A DNA stretch of 64,000 bases from Octopus vulgaris (GCA_951406725.2 OX597822.1:105214001-105278000); one strand, 5' to 3'. Positions 1 through 14,414 are shown, numbered from the stretch's first letter. Program-made: numbers and translations. The notes: generated by a model not told the origin, from the letters alone.

Positions 1-1792
1 ATGCAGTGACCCAGCGATTGGTGTCTCAGAATACTGTAACTGACAACGACATTGTTCGCATCTTGTGGTATAAAATAAAAATAATTATATAGATTAATAT
101 CTATAACCGCCATTCCACAAGACACATAAACGAAAACTGAACAACGCATGAACGAATTTCAGATGTTGTATTTCAACTGAATTAGTCTTAAGGTAGATTA
201 GCATTTCCGGACTATTAATCCGCAGTCGCTTATGTCATTGTTCTACATTATGTCTAGATTTGTTCATTCTTGGTCATATTCTGGTGTCCTATTCTTCCAT
301 ATCAACATATCTCTAGGCTATGTATTAAGCCAGATGGACAATTAATAGGATATTTAAATTCATATGAGCAGCCATATTTTGCTTGGATTTTGCTCTGAGC
401 ATACTAATTTGATTTTCAACTCTGTACATAACGTCTTTTATTTGCCAAACTTTCTGCCGTAGTTCCTCGTCTATAACGGTAACTTCATTCCAAATCTCTA
501 TATAATTTATCTTATCACACCCTGCATGTTCTTCAAATCCTGTCTTTGATATTTCTTCGATTTTATCCTTTTGGTAATGTTCTATAATGATCTTTGGTTG
601 GTTGTTCCGTTCCCTCTTTTCAACAGGTACTAAAATTCCATGTATTGTAATTATCATCCTTTAAATCAGGCTGTTCTTGGATAGGATTTATTCTTCTAAA
701 GTACCAATACTATAAAGTGTAGTGGTGTTAGCGACTTTGCAATTTCCCGTAATTCATTCCAAAGGATAATCCATCCGCTTTTCGCATTGTTCTTCGTCGA
801 TGCCATTGTAGTTGTATGAAAGACCAACAATACTATTTTCTTTTAAGAGGTAATGACCAGTTAATATAAGGATATATCCTGAAGCGAATCGACCAAACTA
901 GGTTTAATTTTTTTTTAATAGAATATCTAAAGAAAAAAAGATAACCAATGTGAGGCTAAAAAATATATTTATATTTCGCTGTGTAAATCATATTTGAAAT
1001 ATATATCGTAGAGATATCAGCTATTTTCCTCATACTTTACAAGATCGTTGACGATGATTAAGCGTCGACCGTAATTTCTCAGATAAAAGGCTTCCAAACC
1101 AATTATTTGTAGGTAGTTTATATTACCTAAAGGAGATATATTTTGCTTTCATACCTTCCTTTTGTTTTTATGTATCATCTAACATATTACGATCGATATA
1201 ATCGTTTTCGAGGACTTTGTTTTATATACTATTTAAAAACCAGCATTAAACACCCAGAATAACGGCAGATAATTTCAAGGTTCTAAAAACTTCAATAATT
1301 TTACGTTATGTGGTAAAATATCTGATCCTCGTTTGAAGAGAAGGAACAACTCTGAATATTTTTTGAACCAGTGGGCCTCATTAACATAGCCGAGTCCACT
1401 GAAGCCTGGTTGATCAGTTGAAAAACATTAATATCTACAAACAGGAAACTTGCCACTGGTACTTTTTGACTAATATACTTTACATAATTGAAAAACTTTT
1501 CGAGTCAAGAGAAATAACTTGAATGGATCAATGACAGATAATCTATGTTTTGCTGCACGCAAGAAAAAATCCTAATTGAAGTTTCCTTCATACTTCTAAG
1601 CGGTATGTAGAACTTTAGAGGTGTGTGTGGACGACTCTCAAAAAAAAAGGGGGAGATAATTCAAAGAAATATTCGAATACTAATTCGTATGCTTTTAGAA
1701 ATGGCTGTCATGTTTGCCAGTCAAGGTTAAAGCTTACTCAACTTTACAAGATATTTATGTTAGTAACTAAAGTTCCGTAAGCGTTATATATT

Positions 1793-1995
1793 TATACTCT
1801 TTTACTTGTTTCAGTCATTTGACTGCGGCCATGCTGGAGCACCGCCTTTAGTCGAGCAAATCGACCCCGGAACTTATTCTTTGTAAGCCCAGTACTTATT
1901 CTATCGGTCTCTTTTGTCGAACCGCTAAGTTACGGTGACGTAAACACACCAGCATCGGTTGTCAAGCAATGCTAGGGGGACAAACAAACACGCAC

Positions 1996-2032
<37 letters not shown>

Positions 2033-2193
2033 CGACGGGCTTCTTTCAGTTTCCGTCTACCAAATCCACTCACAAGGCTTTGGTCGGCCCGAGGCTATAG
2101 TAGAAAACACTTGCCCAAGATGCCACGCAGTGGGACTGAACCCGGAATCATGTGGTTGGTAAGCAAGCTACTTACCACACAGCCACTCCTGCG

Positions 2194-2196
<3 letters not shown>
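1793..2196 (-). mobile_element. tRNA-derived SINE family A (CORE-like), with internal (TA)n/(CA)n tract
   Basis: Minus strand starts GGCGCAGGAGTGGCTGTGTGGTAAG (A box) and GGGTTCAGTCCC (B box), then CTTGGGCAAGTG (CORE-like), and ends in a (GTAAAAGA)-type tail; multiple copies in the window. Confidence 0.85.
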
Positions 2197-2246
<50 letters not shown>

Positions 2247-2399
2247 ATATATATATATATATAATATCTGTAACTTGTAACTTTTTCTGCATTGTCCTCT
2301 CTGTAATCGTTTGTTTAAGGAGCTTATGTTAGTAGAACATCGTTGTTGTCACTTTTGTTGGTGATGATGCTGTTTAACCCCCATTATACATCTATTCTG

Positions 2400-2788
2400 C
2401 TAAGTGGAGGCGCAATGGCCCAGTGGTTAGGGCAGCGGACTCGCGGTCATAGGATCGTGGTTTCGATTCCCAGACCGGGCGTTGTGAGTGTTTATTGAGC
2501 GAAAACACCTAAAGCTCCACGAGGCTCCGGCAGGGGATGGTGGTGATCCCTGCTGTACTCTTTCACCACAACTTTCTCTCACTCTTACTTCCTGTTTCTG
2601 TTGTACCTGTATTTCAAAGGGCCGGCCTTGTCACTCTCTGTGTCACGCTGAATATCCCCCGAGAACTACGTTAAGGGTACACGTGTCTGTGGAGTGCTCA
2701 GCCACTTACACGTTAATTTCACGAGCAGGCTGTTCCGTTGATTCGGATCAACCGGTACCCTCGTCGTCGTAACCAATGGAGTGCTTCC
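2400..2788 (+). mobile_element. tRNA-derived SINE family B
   Basis: A box TGGCCCAGTGG, B box GTTTCGATTCC; 13-bp TSD TACATCTATTCTG at 2387-2399 and 2789-2801; near-identical copy at 23228. Confidence 0.88.
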
Positions 2789-5700
2789 TACATCTATTCT
2801 GGACAAGTTGATTATGATGAAAGATGTTGTATACGTTATCATTCACTGTTTGGGGTTTCTGATACAATAAAAATCGAACAGTATCATCCAGTGAATCCTT
2901 CGCTTTTAAGACATTTGCATATAAAAAGAAAACTTCTGTTTGCTTAACTTTAAACAGATGGAGTGATCACTATGCTGGTCTCCAAGTTGACCCCTATAAG
3001 CTTGTTATTTCACTAGGATGGCAAACCATCACTCCATGTCTAAAGAAGCATCAAATCTCTTCTGTAAAATCACGTTTTTTTTTTACATGTTTATAGTAAT
3101 GTAACAATTCTAGTACCTTATTAGGTAATTTAACTAATAAAAATATTCCTTGGCGCTTCTGAACGAGATTGCTGTATTCTGTCCCATATTTTTCATCGGG
3201 AATATAGTTCCATCGGGAACTATGAAACTTGGTTCAACCTAACACAGAACAAACAGCACCAGATTGATATAACAGAAACACCCACATCAAGAATAATAAT
3301 GATATTATCTGGTGTTGGATGCTTTAATCAAGAACGTAATATAGTCTTCATTATTAGCGCGCTTGTGCAACAAAAAGTTGGGTCTTTTACTTCACTCGTT
3401 CTGTAATGTGGCTGATAATTAAATTCTGAATTCTGTTAATTCATTTTTGGACTTCCATTAACTGCATTTAAAAGCTTCTAATCTGAAATCACTTGTTTTC
3501 TTTTTTTTCCCCATCAAAATGTGAGCGGGATGCTCGAGTGAGAAGTGTAAACTACCTCTACTAATCGATGCATCATGATCTAATTCACAAGCTTATTTAC
3601 GACGCTGCTATACCAATTTGCTCAATAAATCAAAGAATTAGGGAGAATTAATAGGGAAAATGATTTGACAAATTCTAACTTGGAAGCCATAAATTATTTC
3701 CTGTTGAAAACAGCAATTACATCACAAACTTGGATAACTGGAATTCGAACTCAGCTCCCATCACTATATTAAAATGGCTAATCTACATATAGCTTTGCTA
3801 TTCAATGAGTTTAGTGCTTTCAGACATAGAAATTATGTACTTAATGGTTTCCATAGGAGCATTAACAAAGTATATGAAGATAATTTGTTGCACGTGGATC
3901 GACGCTGGATTATCCTCCTACCGCCACTGCATCATATTTAACATATTTATATTTAACCAATGCCAATATGAGAATAACGCAAAGCTTCCAGAATCCTATT
4001 GATATCGGGATGTCAAAAATAACTTTCTAATGCCCATTCATAATATTCTAAAAACATTACAGGAACAGGCAATGCGCTTTAACGTGTTATTTTTGTCTGA
4101 TTAAAAAAAAAAAATATCAGGTATTTTTACTCGCTAGCCTTGCCGACAACTGCACACAATCCTTTTATCATAGTTTTCGATTTATTGACCAATTAAAAAA
4201 AAATCTTAACATTCAATATTCCTGTAATAGCCTTGAACATTTGAGTTATATTCCTCCACTGAGAATAACTGAAATAGTAATTTTGAATTTTTCACTCCCA
4301 TGTTATGGCCGACTGGCTGTTACGAAATTAATTGATGCGAATTTAGCTTGATGTTGCTTCAATCGTGAATTCAGTAGTAAATTTAATGCTGCTAGCTTTG
4401 AAAAATGGGACATTACGTTTCAGGAATATAATAAGTTCATCAAAATCTTTCGCTAATTTCTAAAGCATTACAGCTTGTTGAAATCAACCTTGGTTCAAAA
4501 AATTGTTCTCTCAATTCAATCTCTTTCTCTCTATATTTCTGTTTATCTAACCTTTTCCTTGTCTTTCATAAATTCCTTCTTTTTTATTCTTTTTATCTTT
4601 TGTTTCTTCATCTCTGAAAATTATAATTTCTCTTTTCACTTTTTACGGTTTAATAACGAATATCTAAAACGTTTTTATCTTTCTATTATCTTATAATTGA
4701 TTACTCCCACCAATGTTTTTGCTATAATGTTGGAAAACAAATTTATTAAATTATGTTTTGTTTTATACGTGTATACTATTTCCATTGAATTGAAATGATG
4801 TATTATATATTATGAAAATTATCGAGGAAAATATGCATAAATTTAACATAGACAAAAGCTAGCATCTGACAGGCATAAAAGGATCATATATTGTAAAAAT
4901 AGATTTAAAGGAAAGAGTGGGGAGCAATAAATGAAGAACCTAAAAAAAATTAACAACAAAGGAACGTATATTAACACTCTCCTTTAATAATTGCTAATCA
5001 GGATTTGGGTATAGAACGTTTTAGGTTCAAGTAGCACATATTTACCATTTTCTTTGGAAATGAATGAAGATAAAAATATCGGGGAAAAGAAAGGGGTAAA
5101 CACTTCATGCAAAATATATTTTCGTGAATAAACCAATTTAGTTTTAATAGCATCCTTGATAGGAGCCTTTCAATTTCATTCCTTTCATTATACTCAGTAA
5201 GTATCGATGAGGTGAACACTTTTGAAGCTACAGATTTAAGCACGGACTTGTTGTGTTGTGTTATTGAAATATATAAATAATAAGTTAACAACAAACTATT
5301 CAATTCAGTTTCTTTGATTTTTAAAAGGAAATTTTTAAAAAATAAAAAAATAAAAAATTTAATTTTTAATGTTATAACAGAATAAGGATCTGGGCGTTCA
5401 GATATCGCTAAAGTGTAGGTCAGGAGTGCTAACATCTTGAAACAAATAAACAAAGGCCGGATACAAAACATGGTCACATGGTATGTTTGGATCACTTATA
5501 ATCCCTTACCGACAAAACGTTACAATAAGTTCGTGAAAGTAGTTATCTATGTATTATACATAATGTATACACAACATTGGCAGGCAGGTGGCTGCTTGTT
5601 TTTGTCACCGACCGATATATATTGTGTTTATAAACACAGCAGGTCCATATGTTATCATATCCTGGACATCAACCACAGTAGCTTGCCTGTCATTTGTGTG

Positions 5701-6309
5701 TATACTTTAAGAATAACACATAGATTAATATTTTAGATTAGTACTGCTTCTGTTGGGTGTTTGTTTTACTTTTACAAACTGTCAATCAAGAACTAATATT
5801 TTCGTAATATTTTTGTAGTGAAAGGGAAGAATTTGCGCTGAATCCCCACTGTGACTGACAAAGTATTATATATTTATGTTTGCAGGATTTGTTCTGGCTC
5901 TTTCCTTTCTCTGTTCAAATACCACCGTGGTCGACTTTATATTTCGATAGAATATGTTACTAATCACGTCCTTTGATTCTATCAGCCTGTTGCTCACCAT
6001 CCGCCCTCAAATCTGATATTTTGCATTTGTTAGGAACAATTCTACCAGTATTGTCTATCTAAAAATTTATTTGGAGCCAAACAAGTAGAAATTGGATAGA
6101 GATGCTGACGTGAAATTGACGTTTTGTGAGCAGGAACTTCGTTAGAATATAGATGGATTGATATAATCTTGTAAAAGATATGAAAATGGAATGAAGAGTA
6201 TATCTGGCAGAAGTGGAAAGCTATTTAATCAGAAATTTGCATATCCAGATTCAACATGGCATGCTTCTCCTAGACTTTTATTGGAAATTTACTGTTACAG
6301 AAACATGAG

Positions 6310-6541
6310 AAGGCGGCGAGCTAGTAGAAACGTTAGCACACAGGGCGAAATGCGTAGCCGTATTTCGTCTGCCGTTACGTTCTGAGTTCAAATTCCGCCG
6401 AGGTCGACTTTGCCTTTCATCCTTTCGGAGTCGATAAATTAAGTACCCGTTACGCACTGGGGTCGATGTAATCGGCTTAATCTGTTTGTCTGTCCTTATT
6501 TGTCCCCTCTGTGTGTAGCCTCTTGTGGGCAGTAAAGAAAC
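6310..6541 (+). mobile_element. SINE family C (central domain GCCTTTCATCCTTTCGGGGTCGATAAA-AGTACCAG, Meta/Deu-like)
   Basis: Head GGCGGCGAGCTGGCAGAA...GAGTTCAAATTCC, conserved body, tail ending GTAAAGAAAT; the most abundant repeat in the window. Confidence 0.8.
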
Positions 6542-8919
6542 ATGACTTGCAATCATAAGTAAAGGAGGTTCAAGCATAGGTGTGTTAGGTAATTAGTTAC
6601 ATACCCTTAAATAAGGGTAGCGATTTGTAGGAAGGCCCTGGTAATTATATTTGCCACCTATAGTCGATTGTTCCTTCCCCCTTATCCTATAAATATCAAA
6701 TCGCATATATTTGTAAGCTTGACCTCTTTTATCAAGCCGAAAATAGCGAGGCATAAATGTGTCAATTCGTGGCTATTGACGATACTAAGATCTTTACATC
6801 TCAACATGTAACTTACCTTTTATTCACTATTTCCACCATAGCTGTGTCTACTATTGCTTTGATCGTTTTCTTCAGCCACAGCTCAGTCCTAACTGAGCAG
6901 TCATATATGATCAAAACGTATTCCAGTTGTGACTAATCTTTCTTTTATTTCGATCAGTGCACATTCGATATCATATTATCCATTTTTAAGACAGAATGAT
7001 GTGATATGAAAATATTTAGCGATTATCTGTAGTAGTTTGAACAACCGTATAGAGGCTCCCTTTTTGTTTTCCATTTGCTTAAATTTGGCACAAATTAGCC
7101 TCCCTGAGACAGGTATTTATTTATGCATAACGTTCACCGGAAACGACTTGTCACAAACCTTTCCCTCCCATTTAAAACTGTTATACGTAATTACACTTTA
7201 CACTTTTGGTTGTTTGGATAATTTTGTAGTAAAGCAACGGATGCTTTTGTAAATAATCTATTGTGAAATATTTATCAAGCTACATTATACCTTTGCTACA
7301 GCATGCTAAGAAGGTTACTGAATAGTCATCAATCATTCCTATCTTTGAACATGGTGCTTAGTGCTAAACAATGCTATCGGTTTTTACCCCACTCGCCATT
7401 TTATAAACGAAAATACTCTTTTCATATTTCCTATTACTACAAAAGCAATTCATTTTCAAATTCTTCCTTCATTAGTTTCTCACTTATTTTCCACTGAAAC
7501 ACCAGGTGCAGAAATTATTTACCTTAAAAACAATATATTGGCATGAAACACAATTACCTTAAATTGTAAATACTTTCTGTTCAACTTATTAATCATTTAA
7601 ATAAATATTCTATTGAAAGATGGAAAATATTCAGATATTTTCCAAAATAAATAACATCAAAGCAGGGAGTCAGTGCAAACAATTTCAGTTTAGTTCCATA
7701 CATCTATGTCCTAAAAACGTTTAGGTTTGAGGAAACACTACCAATATCATATTTGTGGAAACTCCATCATGTGTACCTCAATCTTGACCCTTGAATCAGT
7801 AGCAGCTTATGAAAACACTCATCATCAACCTTGCACGATTTCTCAAGTCACTTATAATTGTTAGCAATTTAGTGATAAATATTGTTTTCAGATGGGTTAG
7901 TAAATTTACACTAATGGAGTCTGTACATTCGATTTGCAATGCATAGTTTTCCATGAATTCTACAAGTAGAAAATTTCCTATGCAAATTATTTCAAGTTTA
8001 ATTATTTTACAAGGTAAATTAATCTTCGAACATTGTATTCGGAACTTAATATAACTGGCAATTTATTCTACATTGTTTGAAATAAATATCAGGCTGCCCA
8101 CTTTATAACGTCGATGCTTCTATATTCGCAATCTCTTTACAATTTGTCGGTGTTTAAATCTAATTTATTATTAAATTTTCTCATTAACGTTTTGCTATTG
8201 GTGGAAGTGCAGTATTTGCTCCAAATATTATTATTATTAACTAGATAAACATCAAAATTTACTGAAAAGGAAAACACCGAGCGGATATTGCTATATTTAG
8301 ACTCTTATTAAAACGTATACATGTAAAAAAACAAAAACAAAAACAAAAACAAATCGTATCTCTCTTTTATACCTGGATGTTGGCTAATAGAAAATAAAAT
8401 TATTAGAATATTTATTTCATAAATTCACTCTTTTGTTTGTTTGTTGGGTATTGATTCATCAAAATTATATTGGCATTGCAGATATCCTTTGAAATTCACT
8501 GATTTTTGAAAGAGTGTTTCGTGCTTACATGCGATAGATATGTCTCTTAATGTTGATGGAATATTCAAATATGGAAAGAAACGTACCTGGTTTGCTTTGT
8601 GTGATAGTTTAGTTGGTGCTTCCATAATCTTCAGTGAGCGGAACAAGAATTAATTAATTAAAATTAAATTGAGGTTAGGAGTGACAAAAAATAGAATACA
8701 CACAAGAAATATTCATCTTAGTATTGAATGTCAAGAAAAGTAAAGGAGAGAACTCTCAAGTGAGCATTATTTGAATCACAGTGTGAATACGAAAGTCTTT
8801 CTTCACTTTACTCCCGGGAGTGAAATATTTTAACCTGCCCTTCAGCATAATATACGTCAAAATGGTGTGGATGCCAATAAGGTTCGAAAATCGATTAATG
8901 TTGTTCATCGTGTTTTTTT

Positions 8920-9770
8920 AATGCGGCGAGCTGGCATAAACGTTAGCACGCCGAGCGAAATGCGTAGCCGTATTTCTTCTGCCGATACGTTCTGAGTTCA
9001 AATTCCGCCGAGGTCGACTTTGCCTTTCATCCTTTCGGTGTCGATTAAATAAGTACCAGTTACGCACTGGGGGTCGATATAATCGTCTTAATCCGTTTGT
9101 CTGTCCTTGTTTGTCCCCTCTGTGTGTAGCCCCTTGTGGGCAGTAAAGAAATATATCATTATTATTATAATTACTCAGGCGACGAGCTGTCAGAATCGTT
9201 AGCACGCCGGTAAAAGTTCTCAGCGCCATTTCGTCCGTCCTTATGTTCTGAGTTCAAATCCCGCCGAGGTTGACTTTGCCTTTCATAACTTTGTGGTCGA
9301 TAAAATAAGTACCTGTTGAGCACCGGTGTGGATGTAATCGACTTACTCTCTCCCTCGAAATTGCTGGCCTAATGCTAAAATTTCATATAATTATTATGAT
9401 TATTATTTAGATGGCGAAGTGGCACAATCGTTAGCACGTCGAGCAAAACGCCTTTACGTTCTGAGTTCAAATTCCGCCGAGGTCGACTTAGTCTTTCATC
9501 CTTTCGGAGTCGTTAAATTAAATACCATGAAATACTGGGGTTGCTATAATCGACTAGTCTCCTCCCACAAAATTGCAGGCCTTGTGCCTTTAGTAGAAAA
9601 GATTATTATAATTGGTATTACTAATATTAAGCTGGAAGAATCATGACAAAATGCTTTCCATTATTTCGTTCGTGTATAAGTTCTGAGTTCAACCTTTCAG
9701 AGTCGATAAAATAAGTATCAGTTTAATACTGTGGTTGATGTAAATTTTAGGCTTTTTGCCTGTACTAGAT
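8920..9770 (+). mobile_element. Cluster of about 4 tandem SINE-C copies of different ages
   Basis: Repeated GAGTTCAAATTCCGCCGAGGTCGAC / GTCGATAAAATAAGTACC motifs near 8995, 9250, 9462 and 9700. Confidence 0.8.
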
Positions 9771-9799
9771 CACATCTATTGTTATAGTATTAAGTGGTG

Positions 9800-11012
9800 T
9801 TTAGCTTCAAAACTTCCGTCATGTTCCGGCTTCTTCGGTGGCCCGTTTCCATTGCCTCTTCAGACATCTTCTTGACCTTGCTCGGTGGTTATGTGATAGC
9901 AGTTCTACATCCTCTGCATAACATCTTTCAGTTGCTTCTCAGCTATCCATCTTATTTCAGTGTCACGCCCTGATGTTATCTCATTCGTGATCCTGTCGAT
10001 CGTTAGCTAGAATATCATTAGTGACAGTAGGCAAACTTTGAACTATGAAAGGGTCTGTCAATTTGCTACCTGGGTAGCAGCACCGTCATAAAATTGTTGG
10101 ATGAATCTGATGATATTCAGTGAAATACCATAATAGTGCATCAGCCTCCAGATTACGCCCCTAATTAACTGTCGAAGGCCTCCTCGAAATCAACGATGGT
10201 GGTGAAAAGTTAGCTATGCCACTCAGTCGATTGTTAAATAATGATGCGCAATGTGACACTATTGTCTGCGCAGGACTTATCTTGGCACAATCCTGTTCAC
10301 TTCAACATTAACGGTATATCTTGGAGGAATCCGCTCTCTACAACCTTACCAGTATAACCTTGATGGAAACATAAACTGGGGACAGACAGCAGCATGATTG
10401 CTCGCCAGTTGTTGCAGATAGTCGAGTCGCCTTTCGTAGGCTGCTTAAACAGGTAGCCCTTCCATTCTGAGAGAATTTGATAACAAAATCTTTCTAGTAG
10501 TTGATGCAGCACATCAGCGGCTGTCATTCTATCGACCCTGAGCGTCTCTGCTGGAATAGCGTCTGGGCTCTGAGCTTTACTGTTCCTGACCTTGATGATC
10601 TCAGCTTTTATTGGTATACTTTTGTTCACTGGTAACATACTTCAGCTGTAGGGTCATCCGGTTATCAACCGTAAGCATTCTGTTCAAGACAGCCTGGAAG
10701 TGCTCCATCCAAATGCTTTTTCTATTCAATTTCAGTTCCGCTTGTTCTGCCTTCATGATCTTTCACAGGCTTCTACATGCTACCGTTCTTTCCTGAAAGA
10801 ACTCAGGTGAGAGCGTAGAGATGCTTAATGTCTCGTTTACCGGCTGCCATCTCTGCTTCTACTGCTAAGTCCTGTGTTAACTGTGCTTTGTCTCTGCGAG
10901 CAATCTTCTTCCCCTTTTCATGCGCCAATCGATACTCAACCTTCAAGTCATCTTTTTCTTGCAAAACTTCTTTACACTGTCCGATCAAGAAGTAAATTTT
11001 GAGGTCGAACAC
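9800..11012 (-). pseudogene. RTE-type reverse transcriptase relic (inverted segment)
   Basis: SPDAIPAETL, KGDSTICNNWRAIMLLSVPS, RSCADN, IVDFEEAFDS and WRLMHYYGI motifs, broken by stops and frameshifts. Confidence 0.8.
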
Positions 11013-11159
11013 CTGTCACCAGGAATTAATTCGAATTGGCACCAAAGCCCTCCCGAAAACCTAAATGCTTGTGCATGTAAGCAGCATCGCTTCAAAGACG
11101 GGTGGATGAGAAGAGAATGTGAGATGCCGGATCGGCAAGGCCTGTTATGCCTTTAACAC

Positions 11160-11666
11160 TCTTCTTCCTGTCTGGAACTCCAAAGCCGTCTCCCTCAAAA
11201 CAAGCTTCCTATGTTCAGTTCCAATGTCGAGGCCGTTCTTCTCTACCGGTCAACAACTTGGAAGCTCACCAAAGTCATAAAGAGTAAGCTACAGAACTAC
11301 ATCAGCAATGTATGCGCTGCATCTTTGAGATCTGGAGGTTGGAAAAAATATTTTCAAACAGAAGTCTATGGGATAGAATGAATCAAAGACCCATCAATCA
11401 AGGAATTTTGGAAAGGAAAGGAAATGGGGCTGGCTTGGTCACAATCTAAGAAGATCTCTAAGCAGGATTACAAGACAAATGTTAGACTGGCAACTTAAAG
11501 GAAGAGAAAAGTTGAACGACCTAAGAAGACCTGGAAATAATATGTGGACGATGAAACGAAAGCAATCGGCTCTTCTTGGTCTGAAAACAAGGAGAAAGCC
11601 CCAAATCTTCTCCACTGGCATGAAATGGTGGTGACCCTATATTCAATACATAGTAATGAAGACTGA
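11160..11666 (+). pseudogene. RTE ORF C-terminal relic
   Basis: SNVEAVLLY...WGWLGHNLRR...ITRQMLDWQLKG...RPKKTW, typical of RTE C-termini. Confidence 0.75.
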
Positions 11667-13723
11667 ACAAAAAAAAAAGTATTAAGTGGTGAGCTGCCAG
11701 AATCGTTAGCACGTCCAACAAAATGCTTACCGAAATTTCTTCCAAATTTTAAAACTTCCAAATCTTCCTACTGAGCTGAGGTCATTTTTTCCCGTTATAT
11801 TTTCAGATTGACAAAATAAACAACCAGTCTTGTACGGGAAACGAAGGAATTAATTAAAACCTCACTTCAAAATTACTAGCCTTATGACTAAATCAGAAAT
11901 TATAATACTCTATAACATCATACTAATAACTAATACTCTATAACACCATACATACATTAACACATATACATTTTAATATATGTTTATACCTCTCTCTCTC
12001 TCTCTGTATATATATATATAAGTATAAATGTTTATATATATAACTCTATAAATGTATGTATATATAAACGTAAGTATCTATGTGTACTGGTATATAGCAT
12101 ATTAATATATGTATATAGTATAAAGATATATCATTAACAACAGTTTATCTTTCATAAAACGTGAATCAGTTCAAAATAAAAGTGAAACAAAAATTAGCAT
12201 ATTCCGTTAGAGTGAATTAAAATGAAAAGAGATTTGCTTCTTGCATTAGTCTCTGGGGTGATTGGCGTAATTTTATGTAACCTATTGAACAAGACACCCT
12301 TTGGCTAACACCAATTCAAAATGTGTCTTCAATTCGTCCACTTGAAACTTTAGAATATTCATTATTATAACCCAACCGTTGTAAATTGTACACTAACAAA
12401 TAATAATGAATAAATAAATAAATTAATAAATAAATGAAGTTTTGCAGCCATTCAAGTTGTTCAGGTTTGCTTAGATTTCATTCCATTTTCTCCCTCTTTG
12501 ATAAATGGTTCTTGTAATTATAAAATTTCGACTCATCTCTAAAATTTTTTTGCTAGATTTAAAATGTTTTATCTGAGTATTTTTTACTCCCTTGTTTTGT
12601 TTTTTTAGTTGCCATCGTGTCAAAGTCATGGAAAAAAGATGAAATGGAATATTTTATTTTATTTTATTTTATTTTTATTCATTTATTTATTTTTTGTTTC
12701 ATCGAATTTATGTTTAGAATTATCTGTTTCCTTTTATACGAAAATTATGCGTGAAAAAATTATTTCCTTTAGTCATCGTCATACCTTGTACCAATGAAGA
12801 AGCTTCTGTTGTGCTCTATCAATTTGCTAGAAATAACAACGAAATTTCTACTCAAACCACACACCAGATTGAACAAAAATCGTTCATATCAGGAAATACA
12901 TACACAAAAATGTACGAGATGGTCATGTCAAAAATACCTTTGATCTAGATCAGGTCTGCTTGGTCAAAATTGACTGCGTTAAAGAACACCAATATTGCAC
13001 TGAAATGTTACCCAGTGACTGGAACAAATAGACATATCGTGCATAATCATATTACATTATTAATAATTTAATAATGATAACAAAAAACATCGTGTTGCTA
13101 GAATCGTTAAAGCGTCGTTATTTGTTCAGGTTGTGTAAGTTCTTACTTCAAATTTCTCCGAGGTGAACTTTGCCATACCATAGCCCTATTCCTGCTGTTC
13201 ATGAAATAAAGTATCGGTCAAGCACTGAAACCGATTAGATGGACTTATCCACTATCTCCTCCAAAAATATTTGGTCTTGTACCAAAGTCAGAAATGATTA
13301 AAACCGACATTTTCGTTCTGTCACAATGCAAATTAAACATATATGTTGCGCTGTCGCTGCATGGTTACCATAACTGAAGTTAACTAAGTACATTGAACAT
13401 CTATAAAAAAGCGTGTCGTATTCATATTACTTCATTGAGAACCGAGTAATGAGAGGTCGGTCGGTCTTTGTATCCTATTCCTTAATGTTTCCGGCGAAAT
13501 TATGTTTGTATCCATCATTAGGAAACATTTTATTAAACTGGTCACACACAATATTAAACAATATTCCAAATTGTTTCAACCAGGAACTACAAAGGGAGAA
13601 ATTTCAATATGAAATGGCATATAGCATGGCCTATGAGCGTCTTATTGGCAAAATGTACTCCTATGCAAAATTCGGAACATGCACATAATGAATATATAAT
13701 GTATGTGTGTGTGTGTAGGGACA

Positions 13724-13780
<57 letters not shown>

Positions 13781-13828
13781 TAGTAGATAGATAGATAAGA
13801 AAGTTGGTTTGTGAAAGCACGTGGGTGA

Positions 13829-14121
13829 ATATATAAAAAATAGTAAAGAGTGAAAAAACGACAGAAGGCTTAAATGTTAAAAAATATATATATTTGCGTC
13901 AATATGTCTGAAGAATATTAGAAAATTAAAAAAAAAATTTTTTTTCCTTTATAATGACATAATTTTTAAAGAAAATTTCTTTAAAAATTATGTCATTATA
14001 AAGGAAAAAAAAATTTTTTTTTAAATTTTCTAATATTCTTCATACATATTGACGCAAATATATATATTTTTTAACATTTAAGCCTTCTGTCGTTTTTTCA
14101 CTCTTTACTATTTTTTATATA

Positions 14122-14122
<1 letters not shown>
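13829..14122. repeat. Near-perfect ~294-bp palindrome (fold-back)
   Basis: Arms of about 146 bp meet at AAAGAAA-A-TTTCTTT (centre 13975); very few mismatches. Confidence 0.95.
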
Positions 14123-14178
<56 letters not shown>

Positions 14179-14374
14179 TGTACGTACAATGTATGTGCTA
14201 TATATAAATTATTGAATGACAAAGGAATTGTGAATTCCTGTTCTTCTGTAATTCCAAAATTTGTATTACACTCTATACTCAACGTATATTAAATTCTAAA
14301 ACATCTTATTAGTGCCGATATGCCTAAGCGAAATCATATCATTATATACACATGCATACATATATACATGATTT

Positions 14375-14414
<40 letters not shown>

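Larger units (their letters stand above)
9800..11677. mobile_element. Degenerate RTE-clade LINE with 5' inversion, poly(A) tail and 14-bp TSD
   Basis: TSD AGTATTAAGTGGTG at 9786-9799 and 11678-11691. RT motifs on minus strand 9800-11150; LINE C-terminus plus A-tail on plus strand 11160-11677. Confidence 0.8.

Noticed and set aside
325-657. 110-aa minus-strand ORF with charged, protein-like composition
   Set aside because: No recognisable motif or clear splice context, and flanking frames contain stops; could be a decayed element but cannot be assigned
2404-2480. tRNA-like sequence
   Set aside because: It is the head of a SINE with body, tail and TSD, not a tRNA gene
4998-5495. 165-aa ORF
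   Set aside because: AT-rich composition with no domain signal; likely a chance ORF
8920-9770. Repeated ~30-bp motifs with spacers (CRISPR-like appearance)
   Set aside because: Tandem SINE copies in eukaryotic DNA, irregular spacing, no cas genes
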